From positions 1 to 64,000 of the forward strand of contig NIVC01002797.1 in assembly GCA_002269645.1 (NCBI GenBank): a stretch of 64,000 nt of DNA, read 5' to 3'. Numbering within the stretch: the stretch's first letter is position 1; every line of letters starts with the position of its first letter. The notes below the pieces were generated by a model that was given only the letters and a program-made list of their open reading frames with translations, searched no databases and was not told the origin of the DNA. The position numbers and the translations under genes were made by a program. This DNA is from Macrostomum lignano (taxonomy: Eukaryota). This document shows, piece by piece, positions 37,480 through 50,105 of the stretch.

Positions 37480-37880
37480 TTGCTGTGATGTCGAGGCTTA
37501 ATGGGATAACTGCTGAGATGTCAAGGCTTACTGGGGAATTGCTGAGATGTCAAGGCTTACCGGGGGCAATTGCTGAGATCTCAGAGCTTATGGGGGGAAT
37601 TTCTGAGATCTCAAGGCTTACTAAGGGAATTGCTGATATGTCAAGGCTTACTGGGGAAATGCTGAGATGTCAAGTCTTACTGGGAATTGCTAAGATTTCA
37701 ATGCTTACTGGGGGAAAGCTGAGATTTCAAGGCTTACTGGGGGAATTGCTGATATGTCAAGGCTTACTGGGGCAATTGCTGAGATCCCAAGGCTTACTGG
37801 GGGAATTTCTGATATGCCAAGGCTTACTGGGGGAATTGCTGAGATGTCAAGGCTTACAGGGGAATTGCTGATATGTCAAG
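37480..37880. repeat. ~30-bp minisatellite (TGTCAAGGCTTACTGGGGAATTGCTGAGA)
   Basis: Tandem repeat; dispersed single units also at 42.4-43.4 kb and 46.7-47.7 kb. Confidence 0.88.
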
Positions 37881-38897
37881 GCTCATGGACGATGGCTGAA
37901 TTTTGGGGGGGGGGGGGGTTACTAGGTTATTGGGCGATTGTCAGATAGTCAGGTAGTACGGCTCAAGTAGCTCATGTAATTCAGATAATGAAAAAGTACA
38001 CAGAAGTGATGCTGATTTCTGCTAATAGGAAATACCAGCGCATTTATTAAAGGTTTTGATCCTTTGATTTAGGCTAATAAACAGAGAGGGTCTAAGGCCG
38101 TCAGGGATTTGCATTTTGAGCTCCTGCTGCGGATCAGAATATGCCCCGGCCAGTGACGATATTCACTAAGAGTTTGTGCTTGAACGGATAAGCACTATTT
38201 GCTGATTGAGAAAGGGTTTTGGGCTGATGAAGGAAACTTTGGCTAATGAAAGTTCTGATTCATGGCAACTTATTTTTTCAAACGTGAGAAAAGGTAATTT
38301 TTGATTAATGAAAATCAACATTTTGGATAATTATAGTAAGGTTGCTGTTGTGCCAAAATAAAAACCAATTGGTGTCATTTTCAAGGCTCCCCAGAGGGGG
38401 GCTAAATGGCTAGTCCTATATACTAAAAATGGTCTGTCTGTGTCTATGTGATCGATTAGAGAAAAAATGGCTGGACCGATTTTGTTCGAACTTGCACTGT
38501 TCGATCAGAAATTTTCCCGTGACTGTACATGCATCGTGGCTAAGAAATTGCTCGATGCTAAAGGCATTAAATATTCGAAAAACATGCTTTTTTGCAAAGG
38601 TCAAGCAGCTCTTTCGACTTGAAATGCATTGTAAGAATGCTAGAGAAAAAACTGACTGGTTGAATTCTGATTCTGAAATAGATTGCATCATAACTGAATT
38701 GTACCTCCGACTTGAATTGAAAATACAGTGTGGAAGCGTAGCACCAGACTTGATTTAAATTGCGTAACCATATTGTTAACTGATACTGACTGACTGAGAA
38801 ACTGATTATGTCATAACTGCTTCGTGTGATTTACTCTATGCTTGGATTTTAAAGTGTTGAATTATATAAGTGCAAAATTTGATGTTATCAAAACGAT

Positions 38898-38957
38898 GAG
38901 AGCTAGCCTAGAGGTGAACAAACTGAACTGCCAAATGCAGCGACGATGGTTCGAATT
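38898..38957 (+). other. Degenerate tRNA-like head, type B; copies also at ~43995, 45599, 56598, 57228
   Basis: GAGAGC-TAGCCTAGAG (A-box-like) ... GGTTCGAAT (B-box); the 43995 copy has a CT-GCT-AA anticodon-loop-like motif. Confidence 0.6.
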
Positions 38958-39029
38958 TTCATAGAGTACAATTTTTTTAATTAAAGCTTTTCAACGTCAG
39001 GAAAACTAAAAGACTTTTTAAAAAGAAGC

Positions 39030-42000
39030 ATCATGTAAAAAATCATAGAAGCGTCATATAAAAATCATAGAAGCGTCATGTAAAAAAACATAGAAGTGTC
39101 ATGTAAACAATCATAGAAGCGTCATGTAAAAAATCATAGAAGCGTCATGTAAAAAATCATAGAAGCGTCATGTAAACAATCATAGAAGCGTCATGTAAAC
39201 AATCATAGAAGCGTCATTTAAAAAATCATAGAAGCGCCATGTAAAAAATCGTAGAAGCGTTATATAAAAATCATAGAAGCGTCATTTTTAAAAAAATCAT
39301 AGAAGCGTTGTGTAAACAGTCATAGAAGCGTCATGTAAACAATCATAGAAGCGTCATTTTTAAAAAATCATAGAAGCGTCATGTAAAAAATCATAGAAGC
39401 GTCATGTAAACAATCATAGAAGCGTCATGTAAACAATCATAGAAGCGTCATGTAAACAATCATAGAAGCGTCATGTAAACAATCATAGAAGCGTCATGTA
39501 AACAATCATAGAAACGTAATGTAAAACAATCATAGAAGCGTCACGAAACAATCATAGAAGCGTCATGTAAACAATCATAGAAGCGTCATGTAAAAATCAT
39601 AGAAGCGTCATGTAAAAATCATAGAAGCGTCATGTAAACAATCATAGAAGCGTCATGTAAAAATCATAAAAGCGTCATGTAAACAATCATAGAAGCGTCA
39701 TGTAAACAATCATAGAAGCGTCATGTAAACAATCATAGAAGCGTCATGTAAACAATCCTAGAAGCGTCATGTAAACAATCATAGAAGCGTCATGTAAACA
39801 ATCATAGAAGCGTCATGTAAACAATCATAGAAACGTAATGTAAACAATCATAGAAGCGTCACGAAACAATCATAGAAGCGTCATGTAAACAATCATAGAA
39901 GCGTCATGTAAACAATCATAGAAGCGTCATGAAGCAATCATAGAAGCGTCATGTAAAAATCATAAAAGCGTCATGTAAACAATCATAGAAGCGTCATGTA
40001 AACAATCATAGAAGCGTCATGTAAAAATCATAGAAGCGTCATGTAAACAATCATAGAAGCGTCATGTAAACAATCATAGAAGCGTCATGTAAACAATCAT
40101 AGAAACGTAATGTAAACAATCATAGAAGCGTCACGAAACAATCATAGAAGCGTCATGTAAACAATCATAGAAGCGTCATGTAAAAATCATAGAAGCGTCA
40201 TGAAGCAATCATAGAAGCGTCATGTAAAAATCATAAAAGCGTCATGTAAACAATCATAGAAGCGTCATGTAAACAATCATAGAAGCGTCATGTAAACAAT
40301 CATAGAAGCGTCATGTAAACAATCATAGAAGCGTCATGTAAACAATCATAGAAGCGTCATGTAAACAATCATAGAAGCGTCATGTAAACAATCATAGAAA
40401 CGTAATGTAAACAATCATAGAAGCGTCACGAAACAATCATAGAAGCGTCATGTAAACAATCATAGAAGCGTCATGTAAACAATCATAGAAGCGTCATGAA
40501 GCAATCATAGAAGCGTCATGTAAAAATCATAAAAGCGTCATGTAAACAATCATAGAAGCGTCATGTAAACAATCATAGAAGCGTCATGTAAACAATCATA
40601 GAAGCGTCATGTAAACAATCATAGAAGCGTCATGTAAACAATCATAGAAGCGTCATGTAAAAAATCGTAGAAGCGTCATTTTTAAAAAATCATAAAAGCG
40701 TCATGTAAAAAATCTTAGAAGCGTCATGTAAACAATCATAGAAGCGTCATGTAAACAATCATAGAAGCGTCATGTAAAAAATCATAGAAGCGTCATGTAA
40801 AAAATCTAGAAGCGTCATGTAAACAATCATAGAAGGTCATGTAAACAATCATAGAAGCGTCATGTAAAAAATCGTAGAAGCGTCATGTAAAAATCTAGAA
40901 GCGTCATGTAAACAATCATAGAAGCGTCATGTAAACAATCATAGAAGCGTCATGTAAAAAATCGTAGAAGCGTCATGTAAAAAATCTAGAAGCGTCATGT
41001 AAACAATCATAGAAGCGTCATGTAAACAATCATAGAAGCGTCATGTAAACAATCATAGAAGCGTCATGTAAAAATCGTAGAAGCGTCATGTAAAAAATCT
41101 TAGAAGCGTCATGTAAAAAATCATAGAAGCGTCATGTAAACAATCATAGAAGCGTCATGTAAAAATCATAGAAGCGTCATGTAAACAATCATAGAAGCGT
41201 CATGTAAACAATCATAGAAGCGTCATATAAAAATCATAGAAGCGTCATGTAAACAATCATAGAAGCGTCATGTAAACAATCATAGAAGCGTCATGTAAAC
41301 AATCATAGAAGCGTCATAAAAATCATAGAAGCGTCATGTAAACAATCATAGAAGCGTCATGTAAACAATCATAGAAGCGTCATGTAAACAATCATAGAAG
41401 CGTCATTAAAAAATCATAGAAGCGCATGTAAAAAATCGTAGAAGCGTTATATAAAAATCATAGAAGCGTCATTTTTAAAAAATCTTAGAAGCGTTGTGTA
41501 AACAGTCATAGAAGCGTCATGTAAAAAATCATAGAAGCGTCATGTAAAAAATCATAGAAGCGTCATGTAAAAAATCATAGAAGCGTCATGTAAAAATCGT
41601 AGAAGCGTCATGTAAAAAATCTTAGAAGCGTCATGTAAAAAATCTTAGAAGCGTCATGTAAAAAGTCATAAAAGCGTCATGTAAACAATCATAGAAGCGT
41701 CATGTAAAAAATCTTAGAAGCGTCATGTAAACAATCATAGAAGCGTCATGTAAACAATCATAGAAGCGTCATGTAAACAATCATAGAAGCGTCATGTAAA
41801 CAATCATAGAAGCGTCATGCAAACAATCATAGAAGCGTCATGTAAAAAATCATAGAAGCGTCATGTAAAAATCATAGAAGCGTCATGTAAACAATCATAG
41901 AAGCGTCATGTAAAAATCATAGAAGCGTCATGTAAAAAATCATAGAAGCGTACTGTAAACAATCATAGAAGCGTCATGTAAACAATCATAGAAGCGTCAT

Positions 42001-42280
42001 GTAAACAATCATAGAAACGTCATATAAAAATCATAGAAGCGTCATGTAAACAATCATAGAAGCGTCATGTAAAAAATCATAGAAGCGTCATGTAAAAATC
42101 ATAGAAGCGTCAAGAAAAAATCATAGAAGCGTACTGTAAACAATCATAGAAGCGTCATGTAAACAATCATAGAAGCGTCATGTAAACAATCATAGAAACG
42201 TCATATAAAAATCATAGAAGCGTCATGTAAACAATCATAGAAGCGTCAAGAAAAAATCATAGAAGCCTCATTTAAAAACT
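39030..42280. repeat. 23-bp satellite A (AATCATAGAAGCGTCATGTAAAC), ~140 copies
   Basis: Long homogeneous tandem array inside Helitron unit 38414-43457. Confidence 0.97.
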
Positions 42281-43174
42281 AATGAAAGTGTCATTTAAAA
42301 AATTAGGAAGCGTCACGGTAGAATAAAAGAAACGTCATGTCAGACATGAAGGGTTCATGTAAAAATTAAATGCAACTATAATGCTGTGCTGGGGAGAAAA
42401 ACTGAGACGTCAAGGCTCTCAGAGAATAACTGAGATTACGGGGGGGGGGGTTTCTGAGATGTCAAAGCAAAAGTCAGAAGCTACTTCAAAGTTCATGCAC
42501 TTTACTCCATTTTTTTATTGCATTCTTTGTTGGCTCGTCACGGGGGGGGGCGCTGATAGAAGAAAAGTCATGTAAAAAATAAAAGTAGCACTATGTATAC
42601 ATAAAAGAAAAGTCATGTCGAAGTTAAAAGATTCATTTGGGAATTGCTACGATGTCAAAGCTTGGTGGAAATCGTTATAGTGCTGTGATTCTTAAAGAAA
42701 GAATCACTAAAATGTTAAGGCTTAGGGGAGAAGAATTGCTGAGATTTCATGGCTTTAGGTTGGGTTAAAGTTAGGTTTAGGTCAGGTGTGGGTTGAGGGT
42801 TATATTTTATCGGGTTTCAAGGTTAACAGGGGATTTTTTAGATTTCAAGGTTTATGGGGGCCATTGCTGACATGTCAAGGCTTACGGGGGGAATAGCTGA
42901 GATGTCAAGGCTCACGGGGGTATAAATGAGATTTCAAGGCTAAAGTCAGAAGCTACATGTAGTTTATTGAAAACTTTTTATTACATTATTTGATGCCTCC
43001 TCAGGGGAGGGATCGCTGATAAAAAAGCGTAATGTAAAAAATAAAAGAAGCTTCATGTCGAAGTTAAGAGATTCATTTGGGAATCCCTACGATGTTGAGG
43101 CTTGCAAGGAATCGCAATAATGCTGTAGTAGTGCTATAATGACTCTTAGGGAGAATTACTGAAATTTCAATGCT

Positions 43175-43236
43175 TTAGGGTTAGGTTAGGGTTAGGGTTA
43201 GGGTTAGGGTTAGGGTTAGGCTAGGGTTAGGGTTAG
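43175..43236 (+). repeat. Interstitial telomeric repeat (TTAGGG)n
   Basis: About 10 units, including the variants TTAGG and CTAGGG. Confidence 0.95.
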
Positions 43237-44124
43237 AAGGTTGACAGATATTTTTAGATTTCCAAGGCTTATTGGGGGCATTGCTGAGATGTCAAGGGGG
43301 GAAGTTGATATGTTAAAGCTTGTGGGGGGATAACTGACATGTCAAGGCTTACAAGGTTTGACAGGAGATTTTTTAAGATTTCAAGGATACATGTAGCTTA
43401 TTAAAAAAACGTGTATTGCATTTCTTTGGCTCCCCAACGGGGGGCGTAGATTGCTAGTCTAATATACTAAAAATGAAATGCTTGGTTGCTTGCTTGTAAT
43501 TGATTTTCTCCCGAACGGCTCAACCGATTTTCTTCAAACTTGCACCATTCGATCAGAAATTTTCCCGGGACGGTACATGCATATTGGCTAAGAAATTGCT
43601 CAATGTTAAAGGGATTAAATATTCGAAAAACATGATTTTTTGCAAAGGTCAAGCAGCTCTTTCGACCTGAAATGCATTGTAAGAATGCTAGAGAAAAATC
43701 TGACTGGTTGAATTCTGATTCTGAAATAGATTGCATCACAATACACTTTATTTATCGTCTGTGTACTGGCTGAATTTGACACTCAATTGAATTGCGTCAC
43801 AGCTTTGAGGGTGAAAGTATAGTGCAGTACTGAATTTATATTACGTAACCATATTGTTAACTTTCATAGACACTGGTACTGACTTGCCTAAGAAATTGAT
43901 TATGTCATAACTGCTTCGCGTGACTTTTTACTCTACCTGACTTGGTGTGAGTGTTGAATTATATAAGTGGTACAAATTCACTGATAACTTCGATGAGAGC
44001 TAGCCTAGAGCTGAGCAGACCAGACTGCTAATGCAGCGACCTGGGTTCGAATCTAAGTAGTTTAAAAGTAGTAGTGTAAAATTTTTTATTAAAAGCTTTT
44101 ATTAAAGGACTAAATAAAAACACT

Positions 44125-45320
44125 TAGATTACTGCACTCGATAAGCTAAGGATTATTGCTCTTGGCAAACCAAGGAATACTGCACTCGATAAGCCAAGGA
44201 TTATTGCTCTTGGCAAACCAAGGATTACTGCACTCGATAAGCCATGGATTATTGCTATTAATAAACCAAGGATTACTGCACTCGATAAGCCAAGGATTAT
44301 TGCTATTAATAAACCATGAATTACTGCACTCGATAAGCCAAGGATTATTGCTATTAATAAACCAAGGATTACTGCACTCATAAGCCATGGATTATTGCTA
44401 TTAATAAACCAAGGATTACTGCACTCGATAAGCCAAGGATTATTGCTATTAATAAACCAAGGATTACTGCACTCGATAAACCAAGGATTATTGCTATTAA
44501 TAAACCAAGGATTACTGCACTCGATAAGCCAAGGACTATTGCTATTAATAAACCAAGGATTACTGCACTCAATAAACCAAGGACTATTGCTCTTGGCAAA
44601 CCAAGGATTACTGCACTCGATAAGCCAAGGACTATTGCTCTTGGCAAACCAAGGATTACTGCACTCGATAAGCCATGGATTATTGCTATTAATAAACCAA
44701 GGATTACTGCACTCGATAAGCCAAGGATTATTGCTATTAATAAACTAAGGATTACTGCACTCGATAAACCAAGGATTATTGCTATTAATAAACCAAGGAT
44801 TATGCACTTGGCAAACCAAGGATTACTGCAATCGATAAGCCAAGGATTATTGCTATTAATAAACCAAGCATTACTGCACTCAATAAACCAAGGACTATTG
44901 CTCTTGGCAAACCAAGGATTACTGCACTTGATTTATCAAGGATTATTGCTATTAATAAACCAAGGATTACTGCACTCGATAAGCCAAGGATTATTGCTAT
45001 TAATAAACCATGAATTACTGCACTCAATAAACCAAGGACTATTGCTCTTGGCAAACCAAGGATTACTGCACTTGATTTATCAAGGATTATTGCTATAAAT
45101 AAACCAAGGATTACTGCACTCGATAAGCCAAGGATTATTGCTATTAATAAACCAAGGATTACTGCACTCGATAAGCCATGGATTATTGCTATTAATAAAC
45201 CAAGGATTACTTACTGCACTTGGCAAACCAAGAATTACTGCACTCGATAAGCCATGGATTATTGCTATTAATAAACCAAGGATTACTGCACTCGATAGCC
45301 AAGGATTACTGCGCTTGATA
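44125..45320. repeat. 24-bp satellite with a 48-bp dimeric higher-order unit
   Basis: Alternating CCAAGGATTATTGCTATTAATAAA and CCAAGGATTACTGCACTCGATAAG. Confidence 0.95.
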
Positions 45321-45329
45321 AGCTTGGCT

Positions 45330-45560
45330 ACATGTATAGGATTATTTCTATCCAGGGATGCTTGCTATTTAGGGATTCTTGCTATGTGCAGGATGCTTGC
45401 TATCTGGAAGGATGCTTCTACATTATTTGGGGTATGCTTGCTATCTGCAAGATGCTTGCTACCTGCAAGATGCTTGCTATCTGCAGATGCTTGCTATCTG
45501 GGTGGATGCTTGCTAGGAGTATTAGGGGATGCTTGCTACTGGGGGATGCTTGCTGTCTTG
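45330..45560. repeat. Diverged 16-17-bp repeat (GATGCTTGCTATCTGG)
   Basis: Same family as 60140-60350. Confidence 0.8.
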
Positions 45561-45714
45561 GGAATATTTTCTATTTAGGGGTAATGACTAAAATTCATGA
45601 GAGCTAGCCTAGAGGTAAACAGACTAAACTGCTAAATGCAGGGACGATGGTTCGAATTTTTAGAGAGTAGAGTTTTTTTAATTAAAGCTTTTTAACGCCA
45701 AGACAAAAAAAATT

Positions 45715-46600
45715 ATGGAAGCGTCATGTAAACAATCATACAAGCGTCATGTAAACAATCATAGAAGCGTCATGTAAACAATCATAGAAGCGTCATGTAA
45801 AAATCATAGAAGCGTAATGTAAACAATCATAGAAGCGTCATGTTAAAATCATAAAAGCGTCATGTAAACAATCATACAAGCGTCATGTAAACAATCATAG
45901 AAGCGTCATGTAAAAAAATCATAGAAGCGTCATGTTAAAATCATAAAAGCGTCATAAAAAAATCATAGAAGCGTCATGCAAGCAATCATAGAAGCGTAAT
46001 GTAAACAATCATAGAAGCGTCATGTTAAAATCATACAAGCGTCATGTAAACAATCATACAAGCGTCATGTAAACAATCATAGAAGCGTCATGTAAAAAAA
46101 TCATAGAAGCGTCATGTTAAAATCATAAAAGCGTCATAAAAAATCATAGAAGCGTCATGTAAACAATCATACAAGCGTCATGTAAACAATCATAGAAGCG
46201 TCATGTAAAATCATAAAAGCGTCATGTAAACAATCATAAAAGCGTCATGTAAACAATCATAGAAGCGTCATGTAAACAATCATAGAAGCGTCATGTAAAC
46301 AATCATAGAAGCGTCATGTAAAAAATCATAGAAGCGTCATGTAAAAATCATAGAAGCGTCATGTAAAAATCATAGAAGCGTCATGAAAAAATCATAGAAG
46401 CGTCATGTTAAAATCATAGAAGCGTCATGTAAAAATCATAGAAGCGTCATGTAAAAAATCATAGAAGCGTCATGTAAACAATCATACAAGCGTCATGTAA
46501 ACAATCATAGAAGCGTCATGTAAACAATCCTAAAAGCGTCATGTAAACAAGCATAGAAGCGTCATGTTAACATAGAAGCGTCATGAAAAAAATTATAGAA
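45715..46600. repeat. 23-bp satellite A, second array (~38 copies)
   Basis: Same unit as 39030-42280; followed by a ~1.1-kb paralogue of 42280-43400. Confidence 0.95.
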
Positions 46601-47554
46601 GCCTCATATAAAAACTAATGAAAGTTTGTCATTTAAAAAATTAAGAAGCGTCATGGAAGAATAAAAGAAGCGTAACGTAAAAATCAAAAGAAACGTCATG
46701 TCAGACATGAAAGAAGTGTCATGTAAAAATTAAATGAAGCTATTGTGCTGTGCTGGGGAGAATCACTGAGACGTCAAGGCTCACAGAGAATAACTGAGAT
46801 TACAGGGGGGTTTCTTAGATGTTAAAGCAAAAGTCAGAAGCTACTTCAAAGTACATGTACTTTACTTAAGTTTTTTTATTGCATTCTTTGTTGGCTTGCC
46901 ACGGTGGGGGGGGCGCTGATAGAAGAAGAGTCATGTAAAAATAAAAGGAGCACTATGTATACATAAAATAAAAGTCATGTCAAGTTAAAAGATTCATTTG
47001 GGAATTGCTACGATGTCAAAGCTTGGAGGGAATCGTTATAGTGCTGTGATTCTTAAAGAAGGAATCACTTAAATGCCAAGGCTTAGGGAAGAAGAATTGC
47101 TGTGATTTCAAGGCTTTAGGTTGGGTGAAAGTTAGGTTTACGTCAGGTTTGGGTTGAGGGTTAGATTTTAGCGCGTTTCAAGGTTAACAGGGGATTTTTT
47201 AGATTTCAAGGTTTATGGGGGGCATCGCTGACATGTCAAGGCTTACAAGGGGAATCTATCTATCTATCTATCTATAGCTGAGATGTCAAGGCTCACGCGG
47301 GAATAAATGAGATGTCAAGGCTAATGTCAGAAGCTACATGTAGTTTATTGGAAAAAAGTTATTACATTATTTGTTGGCTCCTCACGGGAGGGATCGCTGA
47401 TAGAAAAAGCGTAATGTAAAAAAAAAAAGAAGCTTCATGTCAAAGTTAAGAGATTCATTTGGGAATCCCTACGATGTCGAGGCTTGCAGGGAATCGCTAT
47501 AATGCTGTAGTAGTGCTATAGACTCTTAGAGAGAATTACTGAAATTTCAATGCT

Positions 47555-47594
47555 TTAGGGTTAGGGTTAGGGTTAGGGTTAGGGTTAGGGTTAG
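47555..47594 (+). repeat. Interstitial telomeric repeat (TTAGGG)6 + TTAG
   Basis: Perfect units at the position homologous to 43175. Confidence 0.95.
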
Positions 47595-49889
47595 AAAGTA
47601 GACAGATTTTTTAAGATTTCAAGGCTTATGGGAGCATTGCTGAGATGTCAAGGGGGGAGTTGATATGTTAAGGCTTGTGGGGGGGATTGCTGACATGTCA
47701 AGGCTTACAAGGGTACTGGTAGCGTACTGAAGCATACTGGTAGAAGTAGCTCTGAAAGAAGGCAAGTATGGTTGAATTTCAATGTCTGTTTTAAAATTCT
47801 GCACAAACATGTTTTATTGGTACATAAGCCTGGAATTAAAATGAGAATTCGATTCCTAGCCCCCCTCCCTAAGAATTTTTTTTTCATTTTAAAGGATTCG
47901 TCCCTTGCTTATTGGCCACCCCGAAGGCCATTTTTTTATCAAAAATGATAAAAATAATTTTTATCAAACACGTTGACATATACAGGGCTCTAAACTAAAA
48001 ACTGTAAAAAGTTGATAGTTTTGTTTTACCTAAAATGCGTTATTAACGATCTCCAAAAATTCCTATTTTAAGCTTAAGCTTAAGAAAAACACTTAAAGTA
48101 CTCCTGCTAAAAGGTATATTATATTAGACGAATATTAATTATTTCTGCTCCCCGAAGGGGGGCAAAACTTTAGCTAGTACTAAATCTCTAAGATCTGTCT
48201 GTCTGTCTGACCGGTATTCCAGTCCACAGCCTGAATGCCTGAACCGATTTTTTTCAAACTTGCTTCACTCAATTGCAAATTCTTGTGAGATTGTGTGGGT
48301 GTAATTGCATTTAAAAAATTCGAATGGGAAGATGGTTAAATAATCGAAAAACGAGTTTTCCCTATGCTTTCGATGGGAGGCTAGAAAAGGTCAAAATCTC
48401 ACTAACTGAATTTCAATTCCAATTAAGATTGCGCCACAACTTTTCTCTGTTCACTGTGTACGCCTTCAATACTGGCTGCAATAAGGGAAAGGAAAATAAT
48501 GCTCAGTGGCTGCGTGTGTACATTCTGACCCTGGCTGACTGGCGGACTGCATAGACAATTGCTATTAATAGATTTCACTCAACTGTGCATTGGCTCTGCC
48601 TGCATACAACCTGTGCATACTGAGCAGCCTATCACTGCTATGTATTTGACTGTAGTGCCGAAGCATATATGGCTGATTTTTGCGCCCTCCGATCAGTAGG
48701 CGGAATAGCCGCAGTGTAGGCACTAGGACTAGGTTTAGGCTAGGCATAAGGTCCAAGGTTCGAGTCCGCCTCCCCCAGCATTATTAAAATTAAATAAATT
48801 CATTCATTAGTAGCTTCTGCCTCGACTATTTTGAACATTTTTTGATTAATTGTAATTAATTTTTTTATTAATTACAATAATTTATTTTTGCTACTCGCAC
48901 AAGCCACTAAGCAAATTTGATTTGATTTGTAAAATCCTAAGATCCCATTAATTGTTATTATCTAGGTCTATAGAAGTAGATATTACTAAACTGCAGGGGA
49001 TTAAATTACTAAACTGCAGGGGATTAAATTACTAAACTGCAGATGATGCTGCTAAACTGCTGAGGTATTGCTAAATGCTGAGTGGTGCAAAAGATTGCCG
49101 ATATGTATCGAAAATCGATTAGTGCGCCGTCGTAAATGCTGAGCAAATTTTTAAATCATTGAAAAGATCATTGCAGTTTGCTGAGAATACTGAGGGGCCA
49201 GTTGAGAGAACTGCAGACTGCTGAGGGGATAAATGAGAATTATTAAGGAAACACTTGCTGACTGCAAATGAATTGACTGCAGACTACTGAGGGGAACTGC
49301 AGATTGTTGAAGGGATCATTGCAGACTGCAAAGGGGACAAACTACAAACTGCTGACGTTGGTTAGTTTCTCGAGACTTATGAGCGTATAAGCTGCAAACT
49401 GCCAAGGGGATAGCTGCAGACTGCTAGGATAATAATGGCAGACTTCTGAGGAGGATATCTAACTGTGAAGAATTGTAGCTTGCAGAAGGGACAATTCTGG
49501 GTCCCTGAGGGATAAATGAATAATAATAATAAAAGTTGTAGAGTGCAAATGAGTTGTATGACTGCAGTCTGTTTTGCGGAATTAGAAGGGATAATTTCAG
49601 GTTGTTGTGGGGATAACAGCCAATTTCTGGGGAGGGTTAACCTTTAAACTTCTGAGGCGATAATAGTAGTCACCTTTTAGCAGTTTGGGAGTGGTGCTAA
49701 TCTGGGGAGCGGTGCTAATCTAAGGGAGTGGGGCTAATATATAGGAGTGGGGGGGGCTAATCTGGGGGATTGGGGCTAATCTGGAGGAAGTAGCGGTGCG
49801 AATTTTTGCGGAGTGGTGCAAATCTGGAGAAGTAGTGCTAATCTGGAAAGGTGAAACTATCTGGGAAGCGGCGGTAATCTGTGGAGCGG

Positions 49890-50105
49890 TGCTAATCTAG
49901 GCTGAGTGCTAATCTAGGCTGAGTGCTAATCTGGGCTGAGTGCTAATCTAGGCTGAGTGCTAATCTGGGCTGAGTGCTAATCTAGGCTGAGTGCTAATCT
50001 GGGCTGAGTGCTAATCTAGGCTGAGTGCTAATCTAGGCTGAGTGCTAATCTGGGCTAAGTGATAATCTGGGCTGAGTGCTAATCTAGGCTGAGTGCTAAT
50101 CTGGG
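49890..50105. repeat. 17-bp minisatellite (CTGGGCTGAGTGCTAAT), ~12 copies
   Basis: Inside Helitron unit 48178-50583. Confidence 0.92.

Noticed and set aside
39030-42280. CRISPR-like array (regular ~23-bp repeats)
   Set aside because: There are no unique spacers or cas genes, and the context is eukaryotic; it is a simple tandem satellite.
43175-43236. True chromosome end
   Set aside because: The tract is short and embedded in homologous flanks on both sides, so it is interstitial.
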